This document shows, one piece after another, positions 16,992-25,884 of a stretch of DNA of 49,009 nucleotides. The position numbers and the translations under genes are program-made. Positions within the stretch are counted from its first letter, which is position 1; each line of letters opens with the position of its first letter. Where the stretch lies: contig JABMMV010000047.1 of the NCBI GenBank assembly GCA_013205145.1, forward strand, positions 1-49,009, in the 5' to 3' direction. Source of the stretch: a bacterium (GTDB lineage: Bacteria > Actinomycetota > Acidimicrobiia > Acidimicrobiales > Ilumatobacteraceae). Under the pieces are notes generated by a model. That model was not told where the DNA came from and ran no database searches. It worked only from the letters and a program-made list of their open reading frames with translations.

Positions 16992-17781
16992 TTAGTCTTT
17001 CCTTGCCGAGCCAACACAAGGTGTTGCTGATGAGTTTGCGGTAATGGTTGTTGTTGAAAGCAAGAGGTCCGTCACCTGGTTGCAGGTAAACAACTGTGCT
17101 CATTTCATATTTGTGAGTCCACGCAACAAGTCTCGATTCATCTTGGTGAAACCAATCACCTTGATCTTCGCGTCGGATAGCAGCATATGCAGAAGAAAAA
17201 TTTGAGGAGTGGCTTGATGCACGGGTGGAAATAAGTGCAGTTACTTCATTTTCGAAAATAGGGCAGAGGTAGGTCTCGTCGGTGAGTTCAAAAGATTCTG
17301 GTAACCCGTCGCAAATAGGGTGCGAGGGGAGCAGCACGTCGAACACCTGGTGAACAGGGTTTGCCCAACCGCTATCTGGGTAATTTTTGCCGCGCAGTTC
17401 TGCAGGCACGTAGTGGAAACGGCCTTTCAGTATTTCCGCGAACAGAGGCCAAGTGGGCCACGAAGCAATGGCGTGGTGCATGGCCAAAATGGGGATACCT
17501 AATTGTGTCAGTCTCTGCCATGCGTTCGTCACTTCTGTTGATGGGTCAACAAGGTCGGGTTCGCTACCACGGTTGAACTGAATTCCGGGAAGATCATAAA
17601 GAGCTAGTACGCCGCCTTCCCTATGCATTTTTTCGATGGCCTTTGTTGTGAAGAGTGCTGCCGCGTCGGGCCACTTCAGGACTTTCGAATCAATTCCTTC
17701 CAGACTGTTGAGCATGTCACCGAACGCAATTTCATCATATGGGTGACCACCAACAATCCAGGTAACGGCAACAGAACTCAC
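16975..17781 (-). CDS. ThuA-like domain protein (class I glutamine-amidotransferase-like fold)
   Basis: 268 aa. General resemblance to ThuA/trehalose-utilisation family proteins (VTWIVGGHPYD..., LAMHHAIASW). GTG start. Family assignment is by eye only. Confidence 0.5.
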   Translation of the reverse strand: MSSVAVTWIVGGHPYDEIAFGDMLNSLEGIDSKVLKWPDAAALFTTKAIEKMHREGGVLALYDLPGIQFNRGSEPDLVDPSTEVTNAWQRLTQLGIPILAMHHAIASWPTWPLFAEILKGRFHYVPAELRGKNYPDSGWANPVHQVFDVLLPSHPICDGLPESFELTDETYLCPIFENEVTALISTRASSHSSNFSSAYAAIRREDQGDWFHQDESRLVAWTHKYEMSTVVYLQPGDGPLAFNNNHYRKLISNTLCWLGKERLNDNEK

Positions 17782-17787
17782 GACAAG

Positions 17788-17793
17788 AGCGTA
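17788..17793 (-). promoter_or_regulatory. -10 box TACGCT, 6 nt before GTG 17781
   Basis: Minus-strand TANNNT with a 6-nt spacer (cttgtc) to the ThuA-like start. It lies in a 39-nt divergent intergenic region. Confidence 0.5.
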
Positions 17794-17808
17794 ACTCGTT
17801 CCATTGGG

Positions 17809-17814
17809 TAGATT
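17809..17814 (+). promoter_or_regulatory. -10 box TAGATT, 6 nt before GTG 17821
   Basis: TANNNT with a 6-nt spacer (tcacac) to the GTG start of the acyltransferase gene. Confidence 0.5.
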
Positions 17815-17820
17815 TCACAC

Positions 17821-18462
17821 GTGAGAAACCAGCGAATGAATAACTTTTTGCATCAAGTGGTGCAGTCATTACGACAGCGAGTTGTTCTGTACGGGGCCAT
17901 CGGAGCGCAAAATGCTTCTGGTAAAAAGTTCCTACAATTTGGAGATCGCAGCGTTATTTGCTTCCCGCAAACGACAATTTTCAACGAGCAATATATTTCA
18001 ATCGGAAGCGACACAATGATTGGTGAGCACGTTGCCCTGTCCGCAGGAATGGTTCCGGGTCAGGAATGCGTGGTGACACCGGTCGTCAGTATCGGAAACA
18101 GATGCTTAATTGGCCGCGGCAGTGGCATTGTTGGACACTTTTCAATTTTGATTGAAGATGATGTGTGGACTGGGCATCACGTGTATATCACCGACCAAAA
18201 TCATGGTTACGAAGATATCTCTCGACCAATTTCGCAGCAGAGCCAACCCGAGCGTGCGGTTCGTATCGGAAAAGGTAGTTGGATAGGCCATGGAAGCGTC
18301 GTTCTTCCAGGGTCAAATATCGGAGAACACGTGGTGATCGGTGCGCAGTCAGTTGTTAGCGGTGTCATCCCCGATTATTCCGTGGCTGTTGGTGCACCCG
18401 CACGCGTTATTAAGCAGTATCGCAGTGGTGAAGGTTGGGTTTCTATACCGACAGATCAATAG
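17821..18462 (+). CDS. Hexapeptide-repeat (left-handed beta-helix) acyl/acetyltransferase
   Basis: 213 aa. Repeated [LIV]-G-x4 hexapeptides (IGSDTMIGEHVAL, IGNRCLIGRGSGI, IGKGSWIGHGSVV, IGEHVVIGAQSVV). Confidence 0.8.
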   Translation: MRNQRMNNFLHQVVQSLRQRVVLYGAIGAQNASGKKFLQFGDRSVICFPQTTIFNEQYISIGSDTMIGEHVALSAGMVPGQECVVTPVVSIGNRCLIGRGSGIVGHFSILIEDDVWTGHHVYITDQNHGYEDISRPISQQSQPERAVRIGKGSWIGHGSVVLPGSNIGEHVVIGAQSVVSGVIPDYSVAVGAPARVIKQYRSGEGWVSIPTDQ

Positions 18463-18955
18463 GCGGAGCGCAACTGGGCGCCGCGTTGTCGGCAGCAAAT
18501 GTTGCTATTTTTTCGCTAATGGGCAAGCCCTCTGTCACGGTTTCTGAGAACGGTTCGTTCACACCAGTGCGAAGGTCATCTGCGTATTCACGCCGGTCTG
18601 CAATATGAGTACGGTAATCGGCCAACCAAAGTGGAACCAGAGCCTGTCCTTTTAAATCAGAAATAGATATTGCTGCAAGGGAGTTCACTGCGCGCTCTAG
18701 TGAGTCTGTCGCCTTGTCTATGATTTGAGCTCGTTCCGAGAGAGCGTTATCTCCTGAATCTTTAACTTTGCGTAGATCGATAAGCGTCATTCGCTCTTTC
18801 TCGGAAACTGCACAAATTTTCTCGGCAGTAGCCTTCCATGATTCATCACCAATTTTATTGATGGACTCTTTGCTCGAAAAAAAGAGAGCGTAAATCCACA
18901 TTGCTCCAATGAGCACACAGACTACGATTAGTAGGGGTTTTGTTATTCGACGCAT
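18443..18955 (-). CDS. Hypothetical membrane-anchored protein
   Basis: Start set at MRRITKPLLIVVCVLIGAMWIYALFF (one N-terminal TM helix). The rest is helical and charged. No family recognised. Its 3' end overlaps the convergent acyltransferase by 20 nt. Confidence 0.5.
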   Translation of the reverse strand: MRRITKPLLIVVCVLIGAMWIYALFFSSKESINKIGDESWKATAEKICAVSEKERMTLIDLRKVKDSGDNALSERAQIIDKATDSLERAVNSLAAISISDLKGQALVPLWLADYRTHIADRREYADDLRTGVNEPFSETVTEGLPISEKIATFAADNAAPSCAPPIDLSV

Positions 18956-18975
18956 CTTAAAGAAGTCGTTTCTTG

Positions 18976-19476
18976 TTATTTTGATGTTGGACGATAAAAG
19001 AGGGCGAGATGCAGGGTAGAGCCGGCGACCGCTATTGCTGCACAGAGAGCGAACGAGATCCATTCGTCGGTGAAAACATTAAGAGCGTGATCGAGTGAAT
19101 ATCTACCCGATCCCGTTGTCGCTAGAGCCAATGCGGTGACGCTAATAAAGGCGCAATACTCCCAACCTTGACCTTCATTGAAAATGAAAAAACCTGATTT
19201 GCGGTGCGAAACAACAATTGCGACAATCATCGTGGAAATGAGTGCTGCACATGCAAGAGGAGTGAAGAGCCCGAGAAGTATGAAGAGCCCACTGAGCGTC
19301 TCGGTTAAAGCTGCAAGGAGTGCTTGTTTTTGTGGATGACGCATGCCTATTGAGGCGAACCACTGGCCGGTTCCTGTGAGGCTCTGTTTGCTTTTCATTT
19401 TGTTCAAACCATGGAGGACTATCATTCCGCCAAGGGCGAGTCGTAGCAACAACGATGCAAAATCAATAGACGACAT
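18976..19476 (-). CDS. DoxX family membrane protein
   Basis: SIDFASLLLRLALGGMIVLHGLNK and four TM segments. ATG 19476 is chosen because TAACGT lies 6 nt upstream. The track start at 19482 is a GTG 2 codons earlier. Confidence 0.75.
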   Translation of the reverse strand: MSSIDFASLLLRLALGGMIVLHGLNKMKSKQSLTGTGQWFASIGMRHPQKQALLAALTETLSGLFILLGLFTPLACAALISTMIVAIVVSHRKSGFFIFNEGQGWEYCAFISVTALALATTGSGRYSLDHALNVFTDEWISFALCAAIAVAGSTLHLALFYRPTSK

Positions 19477-19482
19477 ATGCAC

Positions 19483-19488
19483 ACGTTA
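19483..19488 (-). promoter_or_regulatory. -10 box TAACGT, 6 nt before ATG 19476
   Basis: Minus-strand TANNNT with a 6-nt spacer (gtgcat) to the ATG. Confidence 0.45.
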
Positions 19489-19533
19489 GATGTTTGGTGC
19501 GCTGACGGCAACGATAGGAGACATAAACTAACC

Positions 19534-20280
19534 ATGATGTTACGCAAATCACTGCACTCCGTCACGCTGCTTGCGTTCGTTGTAGTAACGGTGAGCTGTA
19601 GCGCAGGAGCAATACAGAAAATTGCACTTTGCCAGCGTTCTAGTCGCCTCGATACTGCCAATAATAACGCTGGCAATATGCCGCAATCATTCGGCTCTTA
19701 CACAGGTCTCTCTTTGAAGTCGCAAATACTTGATGATCTTGATGCGCTGACAGTTGCTCAAGACGTCGGACCAACATCGCTTGATGGTGACTTCGCTTAC
19801 CTTATTAGGGTAAACCAATCTTTATTTGAGGTGATGTCTAACTTGTCGTGGGATTCTTCTGTCGCAGCAACTAATAGTTCCATCGATGAGGTTCTTGGCG
19901 AATATGCAGCAATTACGACTACAAGACACATCGCACGTATTTCAGAATACTTGCTTAAAAACTGCGAATCTGAAGTGCCAAATAACATTGCTCCTCCAGA
20001 CAGCGTTGTTGAAATAATTGCTACGTCTACATCGCTCTTGTCCATCGTGAACGATCGCATCAATCCAGATCCACCTGCAATGAGTGAGAATATTTCGTTA
20101 GGGCTCACCATTGCAGAGTCGTTGGGCATCGAGGTGACCAATGATGTCGCAAGGTGTCTAGGCGAAAAAGCCCAATTAGTTTCTCAAACTCAGACAAATG
20201 GTAATGACATGCAAAAAGCGTTTAACCCAATATTCGCAGCCTGTGGTATCGACGTCACTGCAACTACTTCGAGTGGTTAG
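19534..20280 (+). CDS. Hypothetical lipoprotein
   Basis: AGGAG 13 nt upstream of ATG 19534. Signal peptide plus lipobox MMLRKSLHSVTLLAFVVVTVSC. The mature part has no recognisable family. Confidence 0.6.
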   Translation: MMLRKSLHSVTLLAFVVVTVSCSAGAIQKIALCQRSSRLDTANNNAGNMPQSFGSYTGLSLKSQILDDLDALTVAQDVGPTSLDGDFAYLIRVNQSLFEVMSNLSWDSSVAATNSSIDEVLGEYAAITTTRHIARISEYLLKNCESEVPNNIAPPDSVVEIIATSTSLLSIVNDRINPDPPAMSENISLGLTIAESLGIEVTNDVARCLGEKAQLVSQTQTNGNDMQKAFNPIFAACGIDVTATTSSG

Positions 20281-20283
20281 AAC

Positions 20284-21303
20284 CTAAGAATTTGGATCTA
20301 CCAAGATCTTGACCGCACTCGATGGATTATCGGCAAGTGCTTCAATAGCAGCAGGGAGTTCTTCGAGAGACACCGTTTTGTCGTGTAGTGGTTCTACAAG
20401 AATGCGACCATCTGCAATGAGGTTCATTACATCTGAAAATTCATGGTGCATATAGCCGAGAGAGGAAATAACAGTTGCTTCTTTCAATAGCCAGGTGTGG
20501 GGGTTAATTGTGGCAGTACCACTAGCGAGCCCCACTAGGTTGACAACTCCACCTCTGCGAATCATGTCGACAGCCGACTGGATTGTGGGAGGAATGCCGG
20601 CACATTCAAAAATGAGATCGGCACCCTTGTGTGAATAGCGTTCTTTCGCTTCCTCTGGCGTTATTGCCTCATGCGCCCCAACCGTGAGGGCTTTCTCTCT
20701 GCGCAGGGCATTGGGCTCGATAGCTACAACTCGGCCTGCTCCTGCAGCGTTTGCGGCTTGCAAGGTGAGCAAACCAATGGGGCCACAACCCTGCACCACA
20801 ACTTCTTGGTCGGGACGCGGAAGCGTGCGCATGACCGCGTGATATGCAACCGTTGCCGGTTCAACAATAGATGCCTGTGAAGCGCTGAGAGCACCGTTGG
20901 TTTTTACTAGTCGCATTGCATCGAGGGCTATGCGAGGTGCAAAGCCACCATGAGGCGGTGCTAACGGGTCTCGTCCAATCATTCCCAAAAAGGCGTACAT
21001 GCAATAACCACTTTGACCACCTAAGCACTGTGGGCATTTGCCACAGGCTGGAGCGATGCCACACACAACACGGTCGCCCTCGCGGATATGACGAATTTCT
21101 TTCGACACAGCCGAAACAGTGCCAGAGAACTCATGTCCGCAAATTGCAGGGTTGTACGGGTCGTGCGAGAGAAACCCATGCAGGTCTGTTCCACAAATGC
21201 CGCAGCTGTCGACATGAACTACCGCTTTGCCCTCAGAGACAACTGGTTCGGGTACATCGACAATGGTAAATGTTCGATGACCTGTAACGAGACCAGCTTT
21301 CAT
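20284..21303 (-). CDS. Zn-dependent medium-chain alcohol dehydrogenase (threonine/sorbitol dehydrogenase-like)
   Basis: 339 aa. GICGTDLH, GHEFSG, structural-Zn Cys cluster CGKCPQC...C, and GCGPIGL Rossmann motif. Confidence 0.85.
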   Translation of the reverse strand: MKAGLVTGHRTFTIVDVPEPVVSEGKAVVHVDSCGICGTDLHGFLSHDPYNPAICGHEFSGTVSAVSKEIRHIREGDRVVCGIAPACGKCPQCLGGQSGYCMYAFLGMIGRDPLAPPHGGFAPRIALDAMRLVKTNGALSASQASIVEPATVAYHAVMRTLPRPDQEVVVQGCGPIGLLTLQAANAAGAGRVVAIEPNALRREKALTVGAHEAITPEEAKERYSHKGADLIFECAGIPPTIQSAVDMIRRGGVVNLVGLASGTATINPHTWLLKEATVISSLGYMHHEFSDVMNLIADGRILVEPLHDKTVSLEELPAAIEALADNPSSAVKILVDPNS

Positions 21304-21306
21304 GGT

Positions 21307-22059
21307 TTAGAACTTGATGCGCTTTGTGTATCCACCATCGACAGTTACGTTGCTGCCCGTTACCAAGCTTGCAGCAGGCGATGCAAGGAAAGCTACGACG
21401 TTTGCAACTTCCTGTGGTTCACCGAGTCGCTTGATTGGCATTTTTGCAACAATGGAATTGTAGAAATCTTCCATGTTCTGTTTAATGGTGTCCCAGTTGC
21501 CGCCATCGAAATAGACGGGACCCGGTGAAACGATGTTGACGCGAATGTTTTTTCCGGCAAGAGACTGAGCCAAGTTGTTTGCATATGCAGTCATAGCAGC
21601 CTTCATTGCTCCAAAACTTCCCGGACCAGCAAATTCTTCTTGCGCTGCAATTGTTGACAAACAAACAATGGAGCCGCCGCCTCCTGCTTCCATTATGGGC
21701 GCTAATACTTCTTGCGCACGCACAAGGCCCAACACGTCGAGTTCGAGGTTCTTGGTCCACTGTTCTTCGCCACGACCTGAAGCACCAGACATGTTGTGAA
21801 TAAAAATGTCGCAGCCACCAAGTTGATCGCTGGCTGTCTTCAGCCAAGTTTTGTACTCGTCACCATTAGAAGCATCGATGCCTGCACCAACAACCTTGGT
21901 TCCGTGTGCTGAAAGAGCAGCTACTGACTCGCTCACATCGCCACGCGCACAAATTGCAATATCGGCGCCTTCTTTGGCCAGGAGAGTTGCGATTGCAAAA
22001 CCCAGTCCACGCTTACCGCCAGTAACAATGGCTTTTTTCCCACGCAATCCAAGATCCAT
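21307..22059 (-). CDS. SDR family oxidoreductase
   Basis: Start at MDLGLRGKKAIVTGGKRGLG (TGxxxGxG), with a GGGGA SD-like element upstream. 3 nt upstream of the ADH gene. Confidence 0.85.
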   Translation of the reverse strand: MDLGLRGKKAIVTGGKRGLGFAIATLLAKEGADIAICARGDVSESVAALSAHGTKVVGAGIDASNGDEYKTWLKTASDQLGGCDIFIHNMSGASGRGEEQWTKNLELDVLGLVRAQEVLAPIMEAGGGGSIVCLSTIAAQEEFAGPGSFGAMKAAMTAYANNLAQSLAGKNIRVNIVSPGPVYFDGGNWDTIKQNMEDFYNSIVAKMPIKRLGEPQEVANVVAFLASPAASLVTGSNVTVDGGYTKRIKF

Positions 22060-22096
22060 AATTTTCCCCAGTACTAGATGAATATGTGCCCCAGCA

Positions 22097-22102
22097 TAGG
22101 GT
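22097..22102 (+). promoter_or_regulatory. -10 box TAGGGT, 6 nt before ATG 22109
   Basis: TANNNT with a 6-nt spacer (aagacc). An alternative reading is a weak SD (AGGG). Confidence 0.35.
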
Positions 22103-22108
22103 AAGACC

Positions 22109-22882
22109 ATGAGTATTAGCGAAGTCGCAATAGTTACAGGAGCGGGTTCTGGAATTGGTCGGGCAACGGCCGAACTTTTCGCTTCCCGGGGTTATCGAGT
22201 GGTCGTCAACGACATCTTGAGCGACAGTCTGAAATGGGTGAGTGCGTCTCCAGATGCTGAGTCATTTCTTGCTTTGCCGGGTGATGTGTCTCAAGGAGAC
22301 CACAATGCGGCCTTAGTACAGGCAGCAGTGTCTCATTTCGGCGGATTATCGGTTTCTGTATTGAACGCCGGAATGGTGGGAACTCTGCCGTGGGAAGACC
22401 CAGGCGCAGTAGAAAAGTTCGAACGAATCATGGCTGTCAATGTCACTGGTGTGGTTCACGGCATTCGCAACGCCGCAGAAGTGATGAAAAAAGCCGGTTC
22501 TGGAGTCATATTGGCAACGGCCTCTACATGTGGATTACGAGGAGACCCAGGCAACTACGCCTATAACGCGTCTAAAGCTGCCGTGTTCAACCTTGTGCGT
22601 GCTGCGGCTGTTGATCTTGGTGTTTACGGCATTCGTGTGAATGGTGTCGGCCCAGGGCCAGTAGAAACGGGCATCACTGAGCGTCTCAAGGGTGTTCCTG
22701 GCGCAATGGATGAAATGGCTAAGCGCATACCATTACGGCGTTGGGGGCAACCGAGCGAACTTGCGGAAGCTTTCTATTTCTTGGCGTCTCCAGCAGCTTC
22801 ATTTATCACTGGTACCACGCTGATGGTCGACGGTGGGCATTCGGCACACGCAGCGCACTTCGACTTACGCGACAAGGCTTAG
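22109..22882 (+). CDS. SDR family oxidoreductase
   Basis: 257 aa. VTGAGSGIGRA, NAG, YNASKAA catalytic Tyr-x3-Lys. Confidence 0.85.
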   Translation: MSISEVAIVTGAGSGIGRATAELFASRGYRVVVNDILSDSLKWVSASPDAESFLALPGDVSQGDHNAALVQAAVSHFGGLSVSVLNAGMVGTLPWEDPGAVEKFERIMAVNVTGVVHGIRNAAEVMKKAGSGVILATASTCGLRGDPGNYAYNASKAAVFNLVRAAAVDLGVYGIRVNGVGPGPVETGITERLKGVPGAMDEMAKRIPLRRWGQPSELAEAFYFLASPAASFITGTTLMVDGGHSAHAAHFDLRDKA

Positions 22883-22923
22883 CTGATCTAAATTAATTTC
22901 ACCGTTACCAACAAGTAGGGATC

Positions 22924-23451
22924 ATGGAAGAAAAACTCATTACCAATTACGAAGATGTGACCGTTTATGGTCTCGATGCAGATGTTGAAACTCTCATGCT
23001 GTCACAGCAGAAGGAATTGACGTTTTGTTGGACCACAAAAGATGGTTCACCAATGGCTTCCATTTTGAGTTACTTCTATGCAGACGGAAAATTCTGGATG
23101 ACGTCAGCTGCACATCGTAAGCGCGTTCCGGCAATCCGCCGCGACCCACGAGTTGCGTTGGTCATTACCTCTACAGGTATGGAGATGGGTGGAAGCCGTA
23201 CGGTTACTTACAAAGGAACTGCACGCGTACTCGACGATGCCGATACGAAGAAGTGGTTCTACAGAGCTCTTGCAGAAAGACTGTACGAAAAATTCGGTGA
23301 AAATCGCGTCAAAGAATTTGCGATGATGCTCGATTCGCCCGATCGTATTGTGATTGAGGTAACGCCAGGCCTACGAGTTGGGTATGACGGCACAAAAATG
23401 GGCGCAGCCACCACGAAGTCTCGTGAAGCTGGAATTCTTAAGGTCGACTAA
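22924..23451 (+). CDS. Pyridoxamine 5'-phosphate oxidase (PPOX)-fold, possibly F420/FMN-binding protein
   Basis: 175 aa. Split-barrel PPOX-like pattern (ASILSYFYADGKFWMTSAAHRKRVPAIRRDPRVAL). Confidence 0.55.
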   Translation: MEEKLITNYEDVTVYGLDADVETLMLSQQKELTFCWTTKDGSPMASILSYFYADGKFWMTSAAHRKRVPAIRRDPRVALVITSTGMEMGGSRTVTYKGTARVLDDADTKKWFYRALAERLYEKFGENRVKEFAMMLDSPDRIVIEVTPGLRVGYDGTKMGAATTKSREAGILKVD

Positions 23452-25112
23452 ATCTTTAGCAGTTTCATCGCTATGTCGCGCGTGATGTTGTAGTCGGCTT
23501 TACCACTTGGGCTTCTGTAAACGGCATCAACAAAAATCACGTGGCGTGGGCACTTGTACGCCGCAAGAGTTTTGCGCATTTCTGTTAATAGTTCCTCAGC
23601 CGTGATAGAGGAACCAGGATTTCGCGAAACAACAGCTGTTACTGCATTTCCGAAGCGGTCATCGGGAACTCCAACAACGGTGCAATCGGCAATGCCCGAA
23701 ATTGATCGTGCTACTACTTCTACCTCTTCCGGGTAAATTTTCTCACCACCGCTGTTGATGCAAACGGATCCGCGTCCGAGTAGTTGCATCACTCCTTGTG
23801 CATCAATCAACGCGTAGTCACCTGGGATGGTGTACCGCACGCCGTTGATCTCTTTGAAAGTTTGAGCGGTTTTTGCTTCATCTCGGTAGTAGCCCTGCGG
23901 CATAGGGCCCGAAACACCTAAAACTCCTGGCACTGTGCTTCCGCGGGGTAGCGGTTCCCACGTTTCATCGTTGAATGTTGTTGCATTGGGGGGAGCAATG
24001 AAAACAGCAGTAGCGATGGGGTCTTCATTTGGTGCGGTCATTGCAATACCAAACGGACCACCTTCACTTGCACCAAGCATGTCAATAATGGTTGCGTTCG
24101 GCATGTACTTCTGGAGCAACGACTTTTGATCGCCTGAAAAAGTGGCGCCAGAGGAAGTAATGCGAATGATGCTCTCCAGATGCGGAAGCGGCTGATTTTG
24201 TTCTACGAGTGTTTGTAGGTAACGAGTGATTGGTTTACAGAATGCATCGCCAACAATGGACAACTGCGTCACGGAATATTTTTCTGATAGATCGAGGAGT
24301 TCCTTGGCGTCAAATTTTCGTGATTTGAGAAGAATAACTTTCCCCCCAAGTACAAAACTAGACATGGCTAGAAATAGAGCAACACCATGCATGAGAGGTG
24401 CTGCGCAGAGGTTAGTAGGGCTCTTTTTTTCAGACGCAAGTTGAGCTGCAGTTTGACCAACTTGCTGCACTGTTGTGGGAATAGGTAGGCCTAATGCGTG
24501 GTAGCCAGAAAACGCAAGTACGCCAAAAAGATCTACGTGTCTCCACATCACCCCTTTGGGCATACCTGTCGTACCACCTGTGTAGAGGAACAAAAGATCT
24601 TCGCCAGAACGTTCGATACGTTGAGCTGGAATAGCGCTGGAAAGAACTTCTTCGTATTTGAGATGTCCTTTTTCTGGATTGAATTCTGGGCCAACGTCGT
24701 TTACACAGACAAGTGTTTTCAACAAGGGAACAAGATCTTTAATACCAACTAATTGCTCGGCTAGAGATGCATGATAGACGAGCACCTCTGATTCGGAATT
24801 ATTGAGAATGTATGCAATTTCGCCTTGCAGGTAACGATAATTAATGTTGACTGGCGTTGCACGCAGTTTGAAAAGCGCGTATATAGATTCGATGTATGCG
24901 GCATCGTTGAACAACAGCTGAGCAACTTTTGAGCCTGGGCCAACACCTTGTTGAGACAGCACTGAGGCTAGTTGTGCCGATCGCTCGTCGAGTTCGCCCC
25001 ATTTAATTTCTGCATCACCAAGTACAACAGCTACGTCGTTAGGTCGTTCATCGGCGAGTGCTTCCCAAAGAGTTGCCCAGTTCACGCTGAGTTCATTTAT
25101 ATTTTGCGACAT
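23448..25112 (-). CDS. AMP-dependent acyl-CoA synthetase/ligase
   Basis: 554 aa. AMP-binding motif LFLYTGGTTGMPKGV, YRDEAKT, GDYA, GRGSVCINSGGEKIYPEEVE, and the terminal PSGKADY lysine motif. Confidence 0.9.
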   Translation of the reverse strand: MSQNINELSVNWATLWEALADERPNDVAVVLGDAEIKWGELDERSAQLASVLSQQGVGPGSKVAQLLFNDAAYIESIYALFKLRATPVNINYRYLQGEIAYILNNSESEVLVYHASLAEQLVGIKDLVPLLKTLVCVNDVGPEFNPEKGHLKYEEVLSSAIPAQRIERSGEDLLFLYTGGTTGMPKGVMWRHVDLFGVLAFSGYHALGLPIPTTVQQVGQTAAQLASEKKSPTNLCAAPLMHGVALFLAMSSFVLGGKVILLKSRKFDAKELLDLSEKYSVTQLSIVGDAFCKPITRYLQTLVEQNQPLPHLESIIRITSSGATFSGDQKSLLQKYMPNATIIDMLGASEGGPFGIAMTAPNEDPIATAVFIAPPNATTFNDETWEPLPRGSTVPGVLGVSGPMPQGYYRDEAKTAQTFKEINGVRYTIPGDYALIDAQGVMQLLGRGSVCINSGGEKIYPEEVEVVARSISGIADCTVVGVPDDRFGNAVTAVVSRNPGSSITAEELLTEMRKTLAAYKCPRHVIFVDAVYRSPSGKADYNITRDIAMKLLKI

Positions 25113-25152
25113 TCATACATACTTGCACTTAGGCAGGCTGTATTTCCACGTC

Positions 25153-25158
25153 TAAGAT
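25153..25158 (+). promoter_or_regulatory. -10 box TAAGAT, 6 nt before ATG 25165
   Basis: TANNNT with a 6-nt spacer (ggtcat). No SD. Confidence 0.5.
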
Positions 25159-25164
25159 GGTCAT

Positions 25165-25845
25165 ATGCGTATCACTCTCATTCGACACGGAGAACCCGAA
25201 TGGGTAAAAGATGGACTCAATGTCGATAACCCTCCTTTGACCCTCAAGGGCCGCGAACAGGCCGAGATGGTAGCGACGTATCTTGCCGACACTCGCTTCG
25301 ATGAAATTTATGTCAGCCCGCTATTGCGTGCCCAGCAAACTGCAGCGCCTCTTCTTCAACAAAGTGGACGAACAAGCGTTACTGCCGATTGGTTACAGGA
25401 AATCCGCAACCCTATTTGGCATGGCACTCCTGTGGAGAAGGCAGTAGAGGCGTATAAAGAAGAACGTTCGCGGCCGAGTAACCAACGGTGGGGTGGTATC
25501 AACGGTGGCGAAGCGGTTTCCGACTTCGTCAAGCGAATCAACAGCGATTGTGCGCAGTTCTTGCAAGAACGACACTACGAAAAAGCCGATAGTGAACTTC
25601 CCGTGTGGACCCATGGCAATACGTTGGACAAACACATAGCTTTCGTTGCCCACGCCGGAACAAATTCTGTTGTCATATGCCACTTACTTGGTTTGGAGCC
25701 AACACCATGGGAATGGGAGCGCTTTGTGCTGGGGCACGCGTCTATCTCTGAAGTTGAGCCACTTGCATTGTCGGATGGTGTCACTTTTTCATTGACTCGA
25801 TTATCTGGCGTTGAGCATTTGCCGAAGAGCCACCGAACGGTCTGA
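25165..25845 (+). CDS. Histidine phosphatase (phosphoglycerate mutase-like) family protein
   Basis: MRITLIRHGEPEW (RHG motif), SPLLRAQQTAAP, and a later HAG. Confidence 0.85.
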   Translation: MRITLIRHGEPEWVKDGLNVDNPPLTLKGREQAEMVATYLADTRFDEIYVSPLLRAQQTAAPLLQQSGRTSVTADWLQEIRNPIWHGTPVEKAVEAYKEERSRPSNQRWGGINGGEAVSDFVKRINSDCAQFLQERHYEKADSELPVWTHGNTLDKHIAFVAHAGTNSVVICHLLGLEPTPWEWERFVLGHASISEVEPLALSDGVTFSLTRLSGVEHLPKSHRTV

Positions 25846-25872
25846 CCGCCAAGCGCCTTATCAGCAAAGGTC

Positions 25873-25878
25873 TACCAT
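25873..25878 (+). promoter_or_regulatory. -10 box TACCAT, 6 nt before ATG 25885
   Basis: TANNNT with a 6-nt spacer (taatag). No SD. Confidence 0.5.
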
Positions 25879-25884
25879 TAATAG

